Shown in pieces: positions 54,592-55,488 of a DNA stretch of 55,488 nucleotides; position 1 is the first letter of the stretch, and the number at the start of each line of letters is the position of its first letter. The DNA comes from Desulfurococcales archaeon (lineage in GTDB: Archaea; Thermoproteota; Thermoprotei_A; Sulfolobales; NBVN01). The DNA lies in NCBI GenBank assembly GCA_027064885.1, contig JAMOOZ010000064.1, forward strand, positions 1 through 55,488, read 5' to 3'. A program made the position numbers and the translations under genes. The notes under the pieces were generated by a model, which had not been told where the DNA came from, did no database searches, and saw nothing but the letters and a program-made list of their open reading frames with translations.

Positions 54592-55185
54592 TTACAGCCT
54601 GAGTAATTTCTTGGCTCCTCTCTTTACTGCAGGGTTCGTGGTTACTACGGCGCTTACGCCTAATTCAAGAAGCTTCACGTAAGTAGCAACATCGTTCACA
54701 GGATGCGCAATAACGCTGATTTTCCGCGCCTTCGCCTCGCTAATTAATCTTCCTCTTATTAAAGTCGGCGGTATCACTACGAATTTAATGCCCTGCCTCG
54801 CAAGATGCATTAAATTCAGTGTTGGTTTAGTAACGCGTACACCGAACTCCATGTTTTTGTAGTTTCCGTATACCTGCCTAAGTTCGGCAAGGTCTTTCAA
54901 CTCATTAAGGGCTATGAGTATTCTAGATTTACTCTTACCTAGGGTGTTTAGAGCGTACACAAGGGTTTCTTTTGATTCCATTAATAATATTTCACATTTA
55001 TCGCCGTAGATTTTCTCTGCAATACTTAAGAGATCCTTGAGAGCACCTATGTTTTCTTCGTCGAAAGCTAATCCGTCCACGTACTTCTTATATCGGGAAA
55101 GCCCCTCCGATGCTTTTGAAGGATCTGAGACTTTGTAGAAAACCCTGCATTCCTTGTCACTCATTACGGAAGCACCATGTAACAT
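54592..55185 (-). CDS. Short TIM-barrel-like protein with a GDPD-like C-terminus; function uncertain
   Basis: VIAHPVNDVATYVKLLELGVSAVVTTNP resembles the C-terminal strand-helix of glycerophosphodiester phosphodiesterases. The N-terminal HRG motif is absent. Confidence 0.35.
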   Translation of the reverse strand: MLHGASVMSDKECRVFYKVSDPSKASEGLSRYKKYVDGLAFDEENIGALKDLLSIAEKIYGDKCEILLMESKETLVYALNTLGKSKSRILIALNELKDLAELRQVYGNYKNMEFGVRVTKPTLNLMHLARQGIKFVVIPPTLIRGRLISEAKARKISVIAHPVNDVATYVKLLELGVSAVVTTNPAVKRGAKKLLRL

Positions 55186-55292
55186 TATAGTATTGAAGGA
55201 TATTAAAGTAAAGAGATTCGAGCGGAAGCAATTATGGAAGTTGAAGAGTGGCTTTAGGTGATGTGTTTAAAAAGCATTTTGTTTTTACTTGC

Positions 55293-55488
55293 TTATCCTC
55301 CATAGTAAGGTGATCCTGTAATCATCCAGTCCTGGAATATGTAATTGTCCGTGTATTCGTAGTAACTGTTACCATACTTATAGTATACTGTCAGGTAGGG
55401 TATCGACGTGGAGTACATCACTATTAGGTCTACCCTAGGCTTCTCGAAAGACGCATAGCAGCTTAGGCCGTTCCACTCTAAGGTATAT
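55293..55488 (-). CDS. 3' end of an ORF running off the window (C-terminus ...YIFQDWMITGSPYYGG*)
   Basis: Hand translation shows an open minus-strand frame from the window edge to the TAA at 55293-55295. It is Tyr-rich and has no assignable function. Confidence 0.35.
   Translation of the reverse strand, partial: YTLEWNGLSCYASFEKPRVDLIVMYSTSIPYLTVYYKYGNSYYEYTDNYIFQDWMITGSPYYGG

Noticed and set aside
1-55488. Looked for CRISPR arrays, rRNA genes and tandem repeats.
   Set aside because: I saw no regularly spaced direct repeats and no rRNA-like sequence by eye. An exhaustive repeat search was not possible without tools.

Overview
This is a densely packed chromosomal segment from a crenarchaeon (Thermoproteota). 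The lineage call rests on eS26/eS27/eL44, aIF2/aIF5A, Pus10, Dph2, CarS, archaeal DnaG, PriS, a split SSV-type integrase and intron-bearing tRNAs, with GC by eye in the mid-40s percent. It looks Thermoproteales-like, but the species cannot be fixed without a database search.

I count about 65 protein genes, most of them informational housekeeping:
- **Translation:** L44e-S27e-aIF2alpha-Nop10, S26e, ProRS, aIF5A-SRP54-Pus10, and L21e-RpoF-DUF655.
- **Transcription, exosome and replication:** L10e-Dph2-methylase-Csl4-x-RpoL-x-TFS-PCNA-PriS-GINS-like, plus family B DNA polymerase and DnaG.
- **RNA genes:** three tRNAs, namely Leu-CAG and Asp-GUC (both with canonical-position introns) and Ser-GCU.

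The notable content is:
1. An overlapping operon carries the AcnX (DUF521+DUF126) and UbiD-type enzymes of the modified archaeal mevalonate pathway. They are coupled to a Clp1-type kinase and thymidylate kinase.
2. A decayed integrated element lies against tRNA-Ser. It has an SSV-type Int(N) fragment reading through the tRNA, a Cas4-like nuclease wrecked by frameshifts and by a stop at the catalytic Lys, and an RHH gene broken in a C5 run.
3. A decayed IS200/IS605-type tnpB is present.
4. A 1012-aa YprA/MrfA-like helicase lacks the usual Cys cluster.
5. A KaiC-like ATPase is overlap-coupled to a 2x[4Fe-4S] ferredoxin.
6. Several uncharacterised ORFs sit in conserved contexts.

I saw no CRISPR array and no rRNA. 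All functional calls rest on motif recognition by eye, and no searches were run.
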